From: Calditrichia bacterium
Lineage (GTDB): Bacteria; Calditrichota; Calditrichia; JAJRVZ01
Reading direction: 5' to 3'
Assembly: GCA_963777955.1 (NCBI GenBank)
Contig: CAVZSQ010000001.1
Coordinates: 122,675-186,674 of the forward strand
Length of the DNA: 64,000 bases
Position 1 is the first letter of the stretch; each line of letters opens with the position of its first letter. Shown one piece after another: positions 11,086 through 22,710 of the stretch. The notes beneath the pieces are model-generated. The model made no database searches. It saw nothing but the letters and a program-made list of their open reading frames with translations, and was not told the DNA's origin. A program made the position numbers and the translations under genes.

Positions 11086-12542
11086 TCACATTGAAGGGAA
11101 TACCTTTACTTTCATCACCTGTAGAAATCTACTGGTACGATGCCAGGTGTACTGCAGATGCAAATAAAGATGCTTTAGAAATCTGCCTGTATTCTCAAAA
11201 GACATTTTCAATAAAAACATTTCGGTACCAATTAATCTTTTAAAAAACAGGTTTATAATCAATAAAAGCATATGACCGGGCCCTAAACCCTTTTGAAAAA
11301 GAATAGGCATATCGCCAGGTTCAAAGATCATCAGGTTTTTTATATTTATGGCCGATTTTACCCATGAAAATTTATCGGAAAAACAGCCCGCTTCCCGGCA
11401 GGTTTTCTCCAGACGCGTACCGGGATAAATTCTCATGCCCACTGTCACGGCAAAGAAATCAATTTTTGGCTTATTCTTTTGCATGAATTGAATGTCTTCC
11501 AGGCATTCCTGATAAGTTTGACCGAAATGGCCGAAGGTAAAAAATACTTTCGATTTAATATTTAAAGCCCTGCACATTGACAGTACGTCCAGGACCTGCT
11601 GGGGAGAAATCCCTTTGGCTATCTTGTTAAGATGTGTTTGACTTGAAGTTTCCATCCCCACGTTAATATAATAACAACCGCTGTCGCGCATGATCCTGAG
11701 CAGGTCATAGTCCACCGTATCAGCTCTACTTCGCACTCCCAGGACAAATGGAATTGCCTGATCAAATTGCAAAACAGCAGAGCATGTTCTCGATTGGCCG
11801 TAAATGTGCTGTCAAAAATTTTTAATCCGCTGAGTCGCCGGTGGGAAAGCAGGTACTCTATTTCAGTACCAATACTATCCATATCCCGGTAATAAGCGCC
11901 ACCGGGGAACATCCGTGATGCTGCACAAAAGTTACAGGCAGCAGGACACCCGCGGGAGGTGATGATGAAATCCCCCGGGCCGCCGATAAAATCCATCTCC
12001 ATATTATAAGCATGCGGAAGCAAGTCCCGGTCCGGTATGGGTAGTACCGACAGGTTCTTGATCCGTTGTGACCTGGAGGTCATGATCTCTCCATTGTCCC
12101 TTCTGGCCAGACCGGGAATCGTGGCCAGCGATCCGTTATTCTTACCGGTCAGGTGGTTGCATAATGCCAGCAAGGAATATTCACCCTCTCCCAGAATTAC
12201 ATAATCAATCTGGGCAATATTCCGTAAGGTTTCCGGGGCTGTGAAGGAGGCGTGTACTCCGCCATAAACCACCGGGACGTCAGGTAAAACTTCTTTACTC
12301 AGTCGGGCAGTCAGAAAACTGGCCCGGCGACTGGGTGTGGTTCCACCGATGCCGATTACTTTTGGTCGCAAAGTCAATAGATCGCGGCGATAATCGCGAT
12401 GATAGTGATTGAAGTCGATAATGTGCACATTATATCCTGCCTGTTTCAGTACTGTTCCGGTACTTACTAAACCCAGAGGGATCATGGATTGAAACAGGCG
12501 AAGTCCATCTGCCGGATACGTTAATAAAACATCGATGGACAT
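11086..12542 (-). CDS. B12-binding radical SAM protein; frameshift near 11725
   Basis: PLGL, YGGVHAS, GEGEY (B12 domain); SRGCPAACNFC cluster motif; GMETSSQ in the second frame. Confidence 0.88.
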
Positions 12543-12562
12543 TTATTTCCTCCCCAGAAGGT

Positions 12563-13474
12563 CTAAAAGATCAGCAGGCTAATAAAAGTAGTCAGCAGAA
12601 ACAAAATTAACACTGCAATAATGTGCGATATTCCAATCATCGTTGTTTTGAGCAGGGTAGATATCCTGGTTTGCTTATACACATGACGCAGTGAGACGTA
12701 CAAATACCAGGCCAGCACGAACGGTGCGGACAAAAGGATTAATGATAACAGTGGAATTTTACTCAGGGCTAACAGAATAAGCAGTAACAGAAAAGCAAAA
12801 CTGTGATAATGTACAGAAAATATCAGTGCCCCGATAAAGTACTTCTCCTGTTTACGGAAAAAAATGTAGATCAGGAATCCGACCAGCGGCATCAGGATAA
12901 ACATCATATAGGAAACACCCTTGATCATCAGGTGTAAAAATTCCTTTTTCCCGCCGGTCCCGATCCGGGCGAGTTGCCTGACTATGAATTTGTTGAAAGT
13001 CGTGTTAGTGATATGTCGTACCTGCATTATCGAATCCAACTGTGCTTCCTGAAAGCCGCGAAGTTCACTCGATTGAAGTCCAAAGTAAGTAATATTTAAA
13101 CCGCGGGACTTTACTTGCCCTGCTTCCGTTTCGTTACCTGCAGGTCTGCCGGAAGGGAGGGTTAAAAAAAGGAAAAATAAAAAACTGATGAAGATGTAGA
13201 AACGCATCGGTTTAACATAGCTGGCGCGCTTGCCTCGAACGAACTCGGCGGTTAGAAATCCCGGTTTGAATAGCAGTGCTTTCAAAGTCCTGGCGGATCT
13301 GGTGTCGATATGAAAAATTGTTTCAGCCGCCTCTTTGACCAGGTGCCGGAACGGGGCATTCAGATCGTAATTTTCCTGACCGCAGTCGGGACAATAATTA
13401 GTACGTTCTGAAGCATTTCCAAACCGGTAGCCGCAGTTGGGGCAGGCTTGACTTTTAAATCGTCTTTTGGCCAT
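12563..13474 (-). CDS. DUF3667 membrane protein
   Basis: CPNCG..YCPDCGQ zinc ribbon, KPGFLTAEFVRGKRASYVKPMRFY, several TMs. Confidence 0.8.
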   Translation of the reverse strand: MAKRRFKSQACPNCGYRFGNASERTNYCPDCGQENYDLNAPFRHLVKEAAETIFHIDTRSARTLKALLFKPGFLTAEFVRGKRASYVKPMRFYIFISFLFFLFLTLPSGRPAGNETEAGQVKSRGLNITYFGLQSSELRGFQEAQLDSIMQVRHITNTTFNKFIVRQLARIGTGGKKEFLHLMIKGVSYMMFILMPLVGFLIYIFFRKQEKYFIGALIFSVHYHSFAFLLLLILLALSKIPLLSLILLSAPFVLAWYLYVSLRHVYKQTRISTLLKTTMIGISHIIAVLILFLLTTFISLLIF

Positions 13475-13511
13475 CGTCTTCCAGTTAATGTGAATTTTAA
13501 GTAAATACCAT

Positions 13512-13982
13512 CTATCTTAATTTATATTCAAAATATTTTACATTTTTCATGGGATTATTATAATAGGGTGCTATTTCTTTAAAACCGGCCTGTGTATATA
13601 TCCGGATTGCAGTTTTCATTGTATCCAGAGTATCAAGCCGCATTCTTGAATATCCGATTTCCACAGACTTTCTTGATGATTCTCCTGGTTAATTCCTTGC
13701 CTATTTCTTTACCCTGATATTCCGGTTTGACGAATAATCGTTTCATCTCGCAGATGGAATTGGTGATCGGTCTCAAGGCCACACATCCGATACATATCTC
13801 TTTATCGTAAACCAGAATGATGCAACCTTGTGGCGACGAATACTTGCCGGGTAGCTGTCCAGCTCGGTTTGAAAATCCTGAAAACAAAGATCGATACCTA
13901 TGTAATTCTGATATTCGATAAAAATAGATCTGGCGTCAGGAAAATGTTTGGTGGTATCAGCCTGAATAAAAGTAAAATTCAT
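13512..13982 (-). CDS. GNAT N-acetyltransferase; two frameshifts
   Basis: DLCFQDF, CEMKRLFVKPEYQGKEIG, then MRLDTLDTMKTAIRIYTQAGFKEIAPYYNNP to the stop at 13512. Confidence 0.85.
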
Positions 13983-14020
13983 ATTAATAATAGTAGCCGT
14001 AATTCAATGTATTTATAATT

Positions 14021-14649
14021 TTAGTTTTCATAAATTGTTACAAGTAAATTTGAGCGAAACATTTGTCAGGGCGAAATTACTTTTTCGTCTTGATGGAAAA
14101 CCTGCGGGAAACCGCTCCCGCAGTTTTGCTTTTACTTTTGGATGAGTAAAATCAAAATCCGATCCTCGTTGTAACTTGCCGATCTCGATTCCAAGTGTAT
14201 TCTTAAATATTTTCCAGATCAGTTCTGAACAATAAATACGATCATCGGACCATTCAAAATAGATATCGTAATTTTTTCCAATGTATTTTCCGGCATCCTT
14301 GTGTATTTGACTTATAATATTTAAAGTTAATAATTTTTTTGCTTCTTTTAGTCGTTTGACAACAAAGTGGCCAGCCTTACCACGTGCAATCCACTTATTT
14401 AAAGGGGTTAATTTTACCGGTTGAACAGACTTCCAGTACATAAAGTTCGTTGCCATTTTTATATAGCATACCCATATGAGAATACTTTGAATGGGTTACA
14501 ATTTGTATAGCTTCACTCTGCGACGACATGGAAGTTTGAAAAATAATATCTCCTTCCATCAGTTTTGATGTATCGAATTTCTGGCAAGCCAGGACAAGGA
14601 AAATCAGTATTATTAATAATGTCGGGAAATACTTTTTAAAAAGTTTCAT
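14021..14649 (-). CDS. YiiX/YebB-like permuted papain-like (NlpC/P60) lipoprotein; frameshifted
   Basis: GDIIFQTS, YSHMG, YDIYFEWSDDRIYCSELIWK. Confidence 0.85.
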
Positions 14650-14671
14650 CTATAGATTTGCAGATTTAATA

Positions 14672-15112
14672 TCAAATATTATTAAAATGTTTGCTAAGAT
14701 TTTCGAATGATTTATTAAGGATTTTCTGCCACTGAGGTTTCATGATCAGCGAATCCACCCATGATGTGAAGAGAGGAAATGGTAATTCATATTCCAGAAT
14801 GTAAGTCACTTTAGTTTGATTTCCCTGGACGGTAAAAATCCAATGAGTCTGGTGTGGCATTCCTTTAGTCGCCTGGCCATCCCAGCCGGCATTCGGCACA
14901 AAATTATGAATTTCTGTCTCAACCTCGGTATTAATACCCATCATTTTTACTTTGTAGGCATAACGGGCACCATTGCCGGTTAGGATTCCGCTGCACAGTT
15001 TAAAATCGGAAACCCCTTCAAACCAGTCTGCCCAATTCTGCCAATCAGAGACATATTTAAATACATCCGGCAATGGCGCCTGGATCAGAGCAGTAGTTTC
15101 AATTCGGGCCAT
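14672..15112 (-). CDS. SRPBCC (polyketide cyclase/START-like) family protein
   Basis: IQAPLPDVFKYVSDWQNWADW N-terminal pattern; size and C-terminal helix. Confidence 0.8.
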   Translation of the reverse strand: MARIETTALIQAPLPDVFKYVSDWQNWADWFEGVSDFKLCSGILTGNGARYAYKVKMMGINTEVETEIHNFVPNAGWDGQATKGMPHQTHWIFTVQGNQTKVTYILEYELPFPLFTSWVDSLIMKPQWQKILNKSFENLSKHFNNI

Positions 15113-15187
15113 TTTTCTCCCTCAAAATTTGATAAATTATCTGTTTATACAGACTTAAATAACGAATAATTTAAATATTTCTATATA

Positions 15188-15869
15188 TCAGACTCTCTGA
15201 TTTTTGTCAGTGCGGGCTAATTGACCAATATCGGTATTCTCTAAAATCTTTTTATCATATCCTGCCATCGAAACCTGTATCATGGCCAGGCCCAAATCCG
15301 CCATTGTGCAGACATATTTCGGGAAAAGAATTTTCCATAATGGATAAAACTTGCCCAATATTCGTGATACGGTGTAAGCATTTTTCAATCCTTTGGTGGG
15401 TTTGATGAATCCCGGTCTGAACATGTAGGCCGCTTTGAAGGGCAGCTTTAACAAATCATTTTCCGTTTTTCCTTTCACTCTGGCCCAGCTGAGACGTCCC
15501 CGTTCCGTACTGTCGGTTCCTGCTCCAGATACGTAACAAAAGGTCATATCCGGATTGAGTTTTGCTAAGGTAGTTAGCTGCCTGCATGGTGAGATCATAG
15601 GTTATCCGCGAATATTCCTGTTCCTTCATTCCCAGCGAAGAAACACCAAGGCAGAAAAAACAGGCATTATAACCTTTTAACCGGTTTTCAATCAGCGTGT
15701 AGTCAAAAAAATCGTTATGCAGCAATTCCTGCAGTTTGGGATGTTGCACCTGGCATGATCTTCGGCCAATCACCAGGACCGATTCCACGTCAGGATGTTG
15801 CAGGCATTCGTGCAGAACACCTTCGCCTACCATACCAGTGACGCCGAATAGTATTACCCTGATGTTCAT
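15188..15869 (-). CDS. NAD-dependent epimerase/atypical SDR; frameshift near 15580
   Basis: FGVTGMVGEG, CFFCLGVSS, YVSGAGTDS, WARVKGKTEN, FRPG. Confidence 0.88.
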
Positions 15870-16460
15870 TTTTGACATTTGGCGATCATGAAGATTTTAT
15901 TCTTGGTAATTTTTTCAAAACTTTTTTTCAGACCAATTTCGTTAATTAAAGCATCAATTCCACCATTTTTGATGTATAATTTGAAATTTGTATTATGATT
16001 GTGTCCGCCCAGAAATTCAAAAAACCGGGTGATTAAACCAGCCCGGTTATCGGGTAATGGAGCAGCATAATCCAATATGATGACTTCCCCTGCAACATTT
16101 GTCATCTCCTGTAAAACCGCACATCCTAAAGCGAAGGGAAATTGATGCAGGCCCATTGATATTAGCACGGTGTTAAACTCATTTTGTTTAAACGGAAACG
16201 GTTTAGTGGCATCCGCTATCAAAAATTCCACATTCTTGATTAATCGTTTTTGTTTAGTTTTATTAGCGGTATTGATCATGACCGCTGATTTATCAATGCC
16301 GATAACATGCTGTGCTTTCGTTGCTATCAGGAATGATAAAGACTCCGGTTCCGCAGGCCACATCCAATACGGTTTGATCATTATTAATTATAGATTGAAC
16401 CTTGGTATGCACAGACTGCAGAATCGGTTCTATAATAATTTTATATAGAAATCCTGTCAT
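15866..16460 (-). CDS. Class I SAM-dependent methyltransferase; frameshift near 16335
   Basis: Manual N-terminus MTGFLYK..VLDVACGTG; GIDKS, ADAT, GLHQFP, IILDY. Confidence 0.8.
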
Positions 16461-16468
16461 CGTAAAAT

Positions 16469-17768
16469 TCAAGGTTGATAAAAATTCTGTCCGGTTCCAT
16501 TCTCAACCGTCAACTTTTTACCTTTTGTTTCCGGAAACATCCAGATCCATAAGCCGGTCAGCAGGGCAAACAGGGCAGCCAGGGAGATCCCGCCGCCTAA
16601 ACCATATTTCGCCGCGATCATGGCAATAACCACCGGAGTGAAAAACTGCACACCACGGGCCAGGTTGAAAGCAGAACCCATGGCGGTATTGCGGATGCCG
16701 GTAGGGAACAACTCGGAGAACAAAGGGCCATAACCGCCGAACATGCCCGTACCGAATCCGACCAGAAACATAAAGGCCAGGATTACTTGTGGTGTGGCCG
16801 CGATGAGATCCCACATGATCGTGATCATGATCAAGCCCAGGGCCATCACGAATGAATAGATGGTATAGGCCGGCCGGCGCCCCAGACGATCAGCTACAAA
16901 ACCGAAGGTAAAATAACCCAGGAAACCGCCGGTCTGGGTCACTAGCATCCACAGGGCCGACTTGGCCATGGAGAATTCGCGCTGCTGATGCAGGTAGCCG
17001 GGCAACCAGGAGTAAGTAAACCAGTAGGCTGACATGTCAAAGATGGCCAGAACCAGGCAGAGCAGGAAAATTCTGCGGTAAGGCTGTGAAAAAAGCAGAA
17101 AAAAATTGTTCTGACGTTCAGAGACAATTGATGTGGCGGGCTGCTGAGCCAGGCGTTTTTTGCGTTCCAACCACATATCGGACTCAGCCATGGATCTGCG
17201 GATGAACACGACCAGCAGTGCCGGCAGTACGGATATGAAAAAGCAGGCCCGCCAGCCGATGGCTGGAGCCAGGAATCCACCGATCACCGAGGCCAGGGCA
17301 ATACCAACCGGAGCCCCGGTCTGCATATAGGCACCATACCGTCCGCGCATTTTGGGCGGAAAGGTCTCGCTGACATAGGTCTGTCCCGTACCCCATTCAC
17401 CTCCGACTCCAAGCCCGGTAATAATTCTGAAGAACATCAACAGCCATAAATTACCGGCCAGTCCCGAAAGAAATGTTCCGATGCTATACGTTAAAATAGT
17501 CCATTGCAGTACACTTTTCCGTCCATAACGGTCGGAAAGCATGCCGAAAATCACCCCGCCTAGGGCCGTGGCGGCAAGCGAGGCACCGAGGACGTACGAT
17601 ACTTCAACGGCAGTAAGGCCGAGATCTTTACTGATCGGGATGAGCAGGAAGGTATAAAGAATAAGATCGTAGAAATCGAACACCCAGCCGGCCCAACTCA
17701 GCAGCAGAATACGATAGTGCTGTTTTGTAAGGTCTCTGATGTTCGCTGAGCAATAGATTAGATTGCAT
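16469..17768 (-). CDS. MFS transporter (aromatic acid/sialate-like); N-terminal frameshift
   Basis: GWVFDFYD, SDRYGRK and ADRLGRR motif A copies, GLGVGGEW, ETFPPKMRG; about 12 TMs. Confidence 0.9.
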
Positions 17769-17791
17769 AGCGTAAGTAAAAATTTAAAATT

Positions 17792-18559
17792 CTATAGAAA
17801 ATATAACAGAAATACTATTCCCAATACGATCCGGTAATAACCGAAGAAAGCAAATCCATATGCCTCGACGAACCAGACAAAAAGTTTTACAGCAATCCAG
17901 GCCGAAATAAAGGCAACCACACCGCCAAGTCCCAGCAGAATCCATTCCGGACCGGCTAGCTGTGCCGATGTTTTGAGCAAGTCATATCCGGTGGCAGCAC
18001 ACATGGTGGGCACGGCCAACAGGAATGAAAATTCCGTGGCCTGTTTTTTGTTGTATCCGTTGACGACTCCACCGATAATCGTTGCTGCCGCCCGGGAAAC
18101 ACCCGGTATGACCGAAATACCCTGAAACAGACCAATGAAAAAAGCATTACGGTAAGGAATTTCTTCCAATTCTGCATGTTTCCTGGCTGTACTAACGAGC
18201 CACTTATCCAGAAGAATAAGTATTATTCCACCGATCACCAGGGCCACCGATACTACAATCGTGTTAAACAGGTGCTCTTTAATAATTTTGTAGAATAAAA
18301 AACCAATTATCATGGTGGGAATAAATGCTACCGCCAGTTTTTTATAAATCATTAGGTTGCTTATAAATCTGCGGGCATAAAGAAATACAATCGCTAGAAT
18401 AGCCCCGATTTGAATGCTGATCGTGAAGGTTTTGACAAATTCCGGATTTTGCAGTTTAAGCAGGGCTTCGGCCAGCAGCATATGCCCGGTAGACGAAATC
18501 GGCAGAAATTCGGTAAGACCTTCGATAATTCCTATTATTATCACATCAAGATAAGTCAT
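17792..18559 (-). CDS. uppP: Undecaprenyl-diphosphate phosphatase
   Basis: EGLTEFLPISSTGH, IPGVSRAAATI, ATEFSFLLAVP, FGYYRI. Confidence 0.95.
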   Translation of the reverse strand: MTYLDVIIIGIIEGLTEFLPISSTGHMLLAEALLKLQNPEFVKTFTISIQIGAILAIVFLYARRFISNLMIYKKLAVAFIPTMIIGFLFYKIIKEHLFNTIVVSVALVIGGIILILLDKWLVSTARKHAELEEIPYRNAFFIGLFQGISVIPGVSRAAATIIGGVVNGYNKKQATEFSFLLAVPTMCAATGYDLLKTSAQLAGPEWILLGLGGVVAFISAWIAVKLFVWFVEAYGFAFFGYYRIVLGIVFLLYFL

Positions 18560-18733
18560 AAGTAATATTCCTCTGTAACAGCATTAGCATAAATTAAAAT
18601 TCAGTTTACTTCTTGCTGTTATAAAAATCAAACTTATTTACACATAATCCGGTAGTCCAGCCAATGGCTTTATTATCTCAGTGGATTAGATATACCTCAG
18701 GTGCGTATAAAAAAAGTTTTTCTATACTCTCCG

Positions 18734-19186
18734 TTAATCACCAGTGCTGAAGAGGAGTTCCTCGACGAGTTTGCTGGCATCGCGGACACAGGGCAGGCAG
18801 ACCTGGTTATGGAGGTCTTTTTCCTTGAATTGCTGTTTGCCCTCGGCTGTATTAAGATCACAATCCAACAGTTCCCGGCAGGAAATTGTTCCGTGTAACT
18901 GCCGGAACTGATTGCTGAATTCCTGCACCAGGGCATAGGCATTTTCCTTGCTGGCGGAGTCGGCAGAATCCACCATGCCATGCTTGCATCCTATCACCAT
19001 AAAAGCGCCGGTAACGGCTCCGCAGACATTCTGTAATCGACCCAGGCCGCCGCCAAAACCGGTAGATATTCGCAAGGCATCTTCTTTCTTTATCTTTAAT
19101 AATGGCGCATAGGTAGAAAAGACGGCCTGAGCACAATTAAATCCTTGTTTGAAACAATCAGCGGCAATATCGATTCTCATTTTCAT
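18734..19186 (-). CDS. C_GCAxxG_C_C family putative redox protein
   Basis: FNCAQAV, GFGGG..VCGAVTG, SCRELL, CLPCV. Confidence 0.9.
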   Translation of the reverse strand: MKMRIDIAADCFKQGFNCAQAVFSTYAPLLKIKKEDALRISTGFGGGLGRLQNVCGAVTGAFMVIGCKHGMVDSADSASKENAYALVQEFSNQFRQLHGTISCRELLDCDLNTAEGKQQFKEKDLHNQVCLPCVRDASKLVEELLFSTGD

Positions 19187-19250
19187 TGAACATCCTTTAT
19201 ATTAATGGCTTTGTTATTTTATGGAGAATTCAACAATTGAATATTCAAAT

Positions 19251-19349
19251 TTCGCCTTTGGCGACCTACCCCCACTTACGTGGGGGCTAGCTTTAATTAT
19301 CTGGCCAAAACTTGTCCCCGCACAAGCGGGGAACAGGCAAAAAGGCGAA
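19251..19349. other. Structured intergenic element: outer inverted repeat enclosing two GC-rich hairpins
   Basis: TTCGCCTTT/AAAGGCGAA outer pair; CCCCCAC-TTAC-GTGGGGG; TCCCCGC-ACAA-GCGGGGA. Confidence 0.65.
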
Positions 19350-19495
19350 TTAAAAAATTTGTTCATATTTAAACAATATTAATATACAACTAGTTCCAGC
19401 ATACTATTGGGTGGTATTCTGATCTGCTGCTTTTGATCGCGATTAGGTGAGAGTGTCTCCCAGTTGGAATTTGATTAATTAAACTCTTTATCAGT

Positions 19496-20281
19496 TTAAA
19501 ACTTTATCTCAAATGATACCTGTACCTGACTGGTAATTGAAATTGTTTGAGCAAAAACTCCCGATCCCTGGCTCTCGTAAACTCCCTGTTCCTTAGTAAT
19601 CTCCGGTGCTGATGGGGGATTGAAGGGATTATATGAGGATGAGTAAATCTTTGACATTGCATAAAAACTAAGTCGAGAGTCTTGAGGTACTTTTGGACCA
19701 ACCTTGGTCGGTTGCGTTTCCTCAATATTAATTACCCGGCCTAAAGTAACGCCCAGGGCAGCGGCAATATCTTCAGCTTTCTCTCTGGCTTTATGCGCTG
19801 CAGCAATTCTGGCTTTCCGACGCAAGCCAAGTTCGTCTTTGAGACTAAAACTGATACTGGATATATTTTCCAGTTCCCCTTCGCTGATTGTATACAAAAT
19901 CGAATCCATTATCTTCAGGCTGTCTACTGTCACTTCTGTGATCAGATCAGCTCTGTAATCACGTTTGTGAGACAGAATTGCTTTGTTTCCCCAGTTTTCT
20001 CCACTATAAAACTTTGATGTTGATAATTTGTCTGCAGCCACGCCTAAACGATGTAATCGGTTTGTTATGGCCTTGACTTTGATATTCGCATCTTCGACGG
20101 CCCGGCGAAATGAAGGACCGACTCCCTTTACCGAAAATGTAAAATACGCCTGGTCTGCTACTTCTTTCAATTCAACGCTACCCAAAACGGTAATTTGATT
20201 AGATTGGTTTTGATTTTCCTGGCCATAAGTGGACACCGCAAAAAGGAAAAGAAAAAAAATGACCGATTTGATTTTACTCAT
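19496..20281 (-). CDS. SIMPL/DUF541 periplasmic protein
   Basis: Signal peptide, ITVLGS..ADQA, AAHKAREKAEDIAAALGVTLGRVINIEE, terminal VQVSFEI. Confidence 0.88.
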   Translation of the reverse strand: MSKIKSVIFFLFLFAVSTYGQENQNQSNQITVLGSVELKEVADQAYFTFSVKGVGPSFRRAVEDANIKVKAITNRLHRLGVAADKLSTSKFYSGENWGNKAILSHKRDYRADLITEVTVDSLKIMDSILYTISEGELENISSISFSLKDELGLRRKARIAAAHKAREKAEDIAAALGVTLGRVINIEETQPTKVGPKVPQDSRLSFYAMSKIYSSSYNPFNPPSAPEITKEQGVYESQGSGVFAQTISITSQVQVSFEIKF

Positions 20282-20500
20282 TCTTTTATTCTCCCTATTT
20301 TATTTAGTATACTCTCAAAAGCGATCCATTCAGGATCTTCTTTTGTCTTAATTTTAAAATTTTACAATAGTGAATTTTATTATTAATCAATTTTTCAATC
20401 CCAACTGTCAATCCATTGGTAATATTGAAATGATCTAGATTATATTCATGTTCTAGAAGAATAAATATTTATAGATTGACAAACAAAATGACTATTACCC

Positions 20501-20910
20501 TCAATTATAATTCTTTATAAAATATTGAATGAACTTTAAACCTGTTACATTAAGAGTGTGCGGAATAGTGATGCAAACACAGGCAGCCACCGCTGAAGCG
20601 AAATTAATGATTTTCTCATCTTTCCATGATTCCAGCAACCTATAAATAATCCCGGCACGAAATTAATCACCGGCGCCGATGGAATCGATTGGTTTAATCG
20701 CATCTTTATTTTTTATCCAGTTACCGTCGAGTTTAGTCCGCAGGCCAAGTTTTGCTAAGATTATGGCTGAATTTGCTGCTTCACCGCCGATTGAAGGTAG
20801 TGTTTATTTTATTTCGGCATTATTCATTCGGCCTGGGAAAAAAAGTCCCGGTTAAGAATATGAGCCGTACTTGCCGAAATCATGCCATATAAATATGCAT
20901 CAGATATAAT
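20501..20910 (-). pseudogene. PfkB-family carbohydrate kinase remnant with large internal deletion and in-frame stops
   Basis: Manual translation: IGGEAANSAIILAKLG joined after a few residues to IKPIDSIGAGD*FRAGIIY..FASAVAA. Confidence 0.75.
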
Positions 20911-20911
20911 A

Positions 20912-21435
20912 TCAGAACCAGGTGCGCTGACGATAGTGGGAATATTTTTCCCCGAATGTTGCTGCCAGATGATTATCCTCCAGGTGTTGCCAGTAAAGAA
21001 CATTAGCGATTCCGATCAAGCCGGCCATGAAACTGGCCATTGCACCATTATAAACCGACCAGCCAACGATCCATAGGATAAAACCCAGGTACATGGGATG
21101 CCGGACAAACGCGAATAATCCTGTGGTTACCAGGTGATCTATATTTTCCACGCCCCTGAGTTGAAAGAGTGCACCCAGAGCACTATCACCAATCCCAGAA
21201 TAAATAAGCCAAAACCGCTGTACATCAGCCAGGAGGGCAATGAGATCTTAATTGGATCCAGGGGACACATTTCAAACCAACTCATCCATAGTGCAAACAT
21301 GGTAAACAGAATTACAATAAAAAGAGGCTTGCTCTTTGGGTCCGCTTTTCCGGCCTTTTTAAATAATTCGTAACTGGTGCGTATCAGCAGGCTGATGATA
21401 AAGAGAAATAATAGAACAACATAAGTGCAATTCAT
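20912..21435 (-). CDS. ICMT/PEMT-family membrane methyltransferase; frameshift near 21170
   Basis: LVTTGLFAFVRHPMYLG, LEDNHLAATFGEKYSHYRQRTWF. Confidence 0.85.
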
Positions 21436-21471
21436 GCAAGGCCGCCTTCGAAGAGTCTATCTTCATGGTTA

Positions 21472-21981
21472 TTATATCATGTCTATTTTTAAATTCGTTT
21501 TTCTGATCCAGCGGGGAGCCGCATCGACAACCTGGCGAAGAATAAGATTCAGTTGTGCAGTATGGTGCTGTACATGACGCATATTATAGAGTAATAATTC
21601 GGCTACGGTCACTTCAGGCGCATCGAAGTCACAGCGCTCATTTACCTGCTTATCGGTCAATGCTTTAATCTTCCTCCGGCACTTCTGACGGCCATATTCA
21701 AGATACTTATTCATTTCGTCTTTGCTATAAGCACGTTCGGGCATTATCCCGGCAGGGTCCAATTCATCAAGGGTATAAGGAGCAGGAGGAACGAATCCTG
21801 CTTCTGCTTCAGAGAGGTAAAAATCGAGATAGAACAGAGTATGGAATACAAGATACCAGAACTCCGGCTGACGTGATCCGTCGTACCATAATTCTTCGGG
21901 ACAGGCGCGCATGGCATTTTCCAGCATGTCAATTGCCGCTCCAAACTGCTGCCAGATGATTGTTTTCCAGGTGCTAACCAT
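21472..21981 (-). CDS. DinB family protein
   Basis: QFGAAIDMLENA, HTLFYLDFY, NMRHVQHHTAQL. Confidence 0.9.
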   Translation of the reverse strand: MVSTWKTIIWQQFGAAIDMLENAMRACPEELWYDGSRQPEFWYLVFHTLFYLDFYLSEAEAGFVPPAPYTLDELDPAGIMPERAYSKDEMNKYLEYGRQKCRRKIKALTDKQVNERCDFDAPEVTVAELLLYNMRHVQHHTAQLNLILRQVVDAAPRWIRKTNLKIDMI

Positions 21982-22014
21982 TTATGACAACTCTGCTAAT
22001 AAAAGACAGCGCTC

Positions 22015-22579
22015 TTAGCGCGGCCATAACCAGCCAAATGTTCCTGCGGTCAGCAGGGCATAGATTAATCCGTCAACAGTTATCCTGAAGGTAGTACTCC
22101 AGGGCCGGCGGTACCAGATCGACATCTGCCAGAGTGCGGCGGCATAACCGAGAAATGCGGTTGTACCGGCGAATCTGAAGACTGAAAGATAAGGGGAACC
22201 GACTTGCAGTGCGCGACCTGAGACATAACCGGTGAAAATGCCTATGACCACGGAATATAAAAACCACAAGATCAATTCCTTGCTCATTCCGGCAGTCCCG
22301 CTCTGCCAGACCGAAAGCATCAATACCGGACCTTTTTTCATTTTTTCAAGGAATTCCGCCGTGGCCATTTCTTTGGTGCTGCAGGCACGCGGCACCATAT
22401 ACGTCCCCCTGAGGTATGTTGAGCGGACGAAGCGCATCCATTACTTTATCCTCGTCAGGTACTTTGCGATAATCTTTTTTATGCCAGGGTAAAAACATAT
22501 GGATCAGTGAACTTACCACAAAAACAAATAAGGCTGATATGAGGATGGGCAACCAAAGCATTTGCAATGTAACCATCAT
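22015..22579 (-). CDS. Conserved hypothetical membrane protein; frameshifted
   Basis: [19 protein letters not shown] and [19 protein letters not shown] in two overlapping frames. Confidence 0.75.
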
Positions 22580-22710
22580 TATTCTCCTTCTATTTATTGT
22601 TAAGGTCGCAGTTGATTAATGCCTGAATACTGAAGTTATTCAGCTTTAAATATATCAACCATACAGCAGGAGAAATTATTCCGTATCGATTTATTGTTAT
22701 TTAACAATAT

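Noticed and set aside
20280..20500. Possible further gene tail (KTKEDPEWIAFESILNKIGRIKE*) overlapping the SIMPL start
   Set aside because: Coding-like, but I cannot assign a family; insufficient support.
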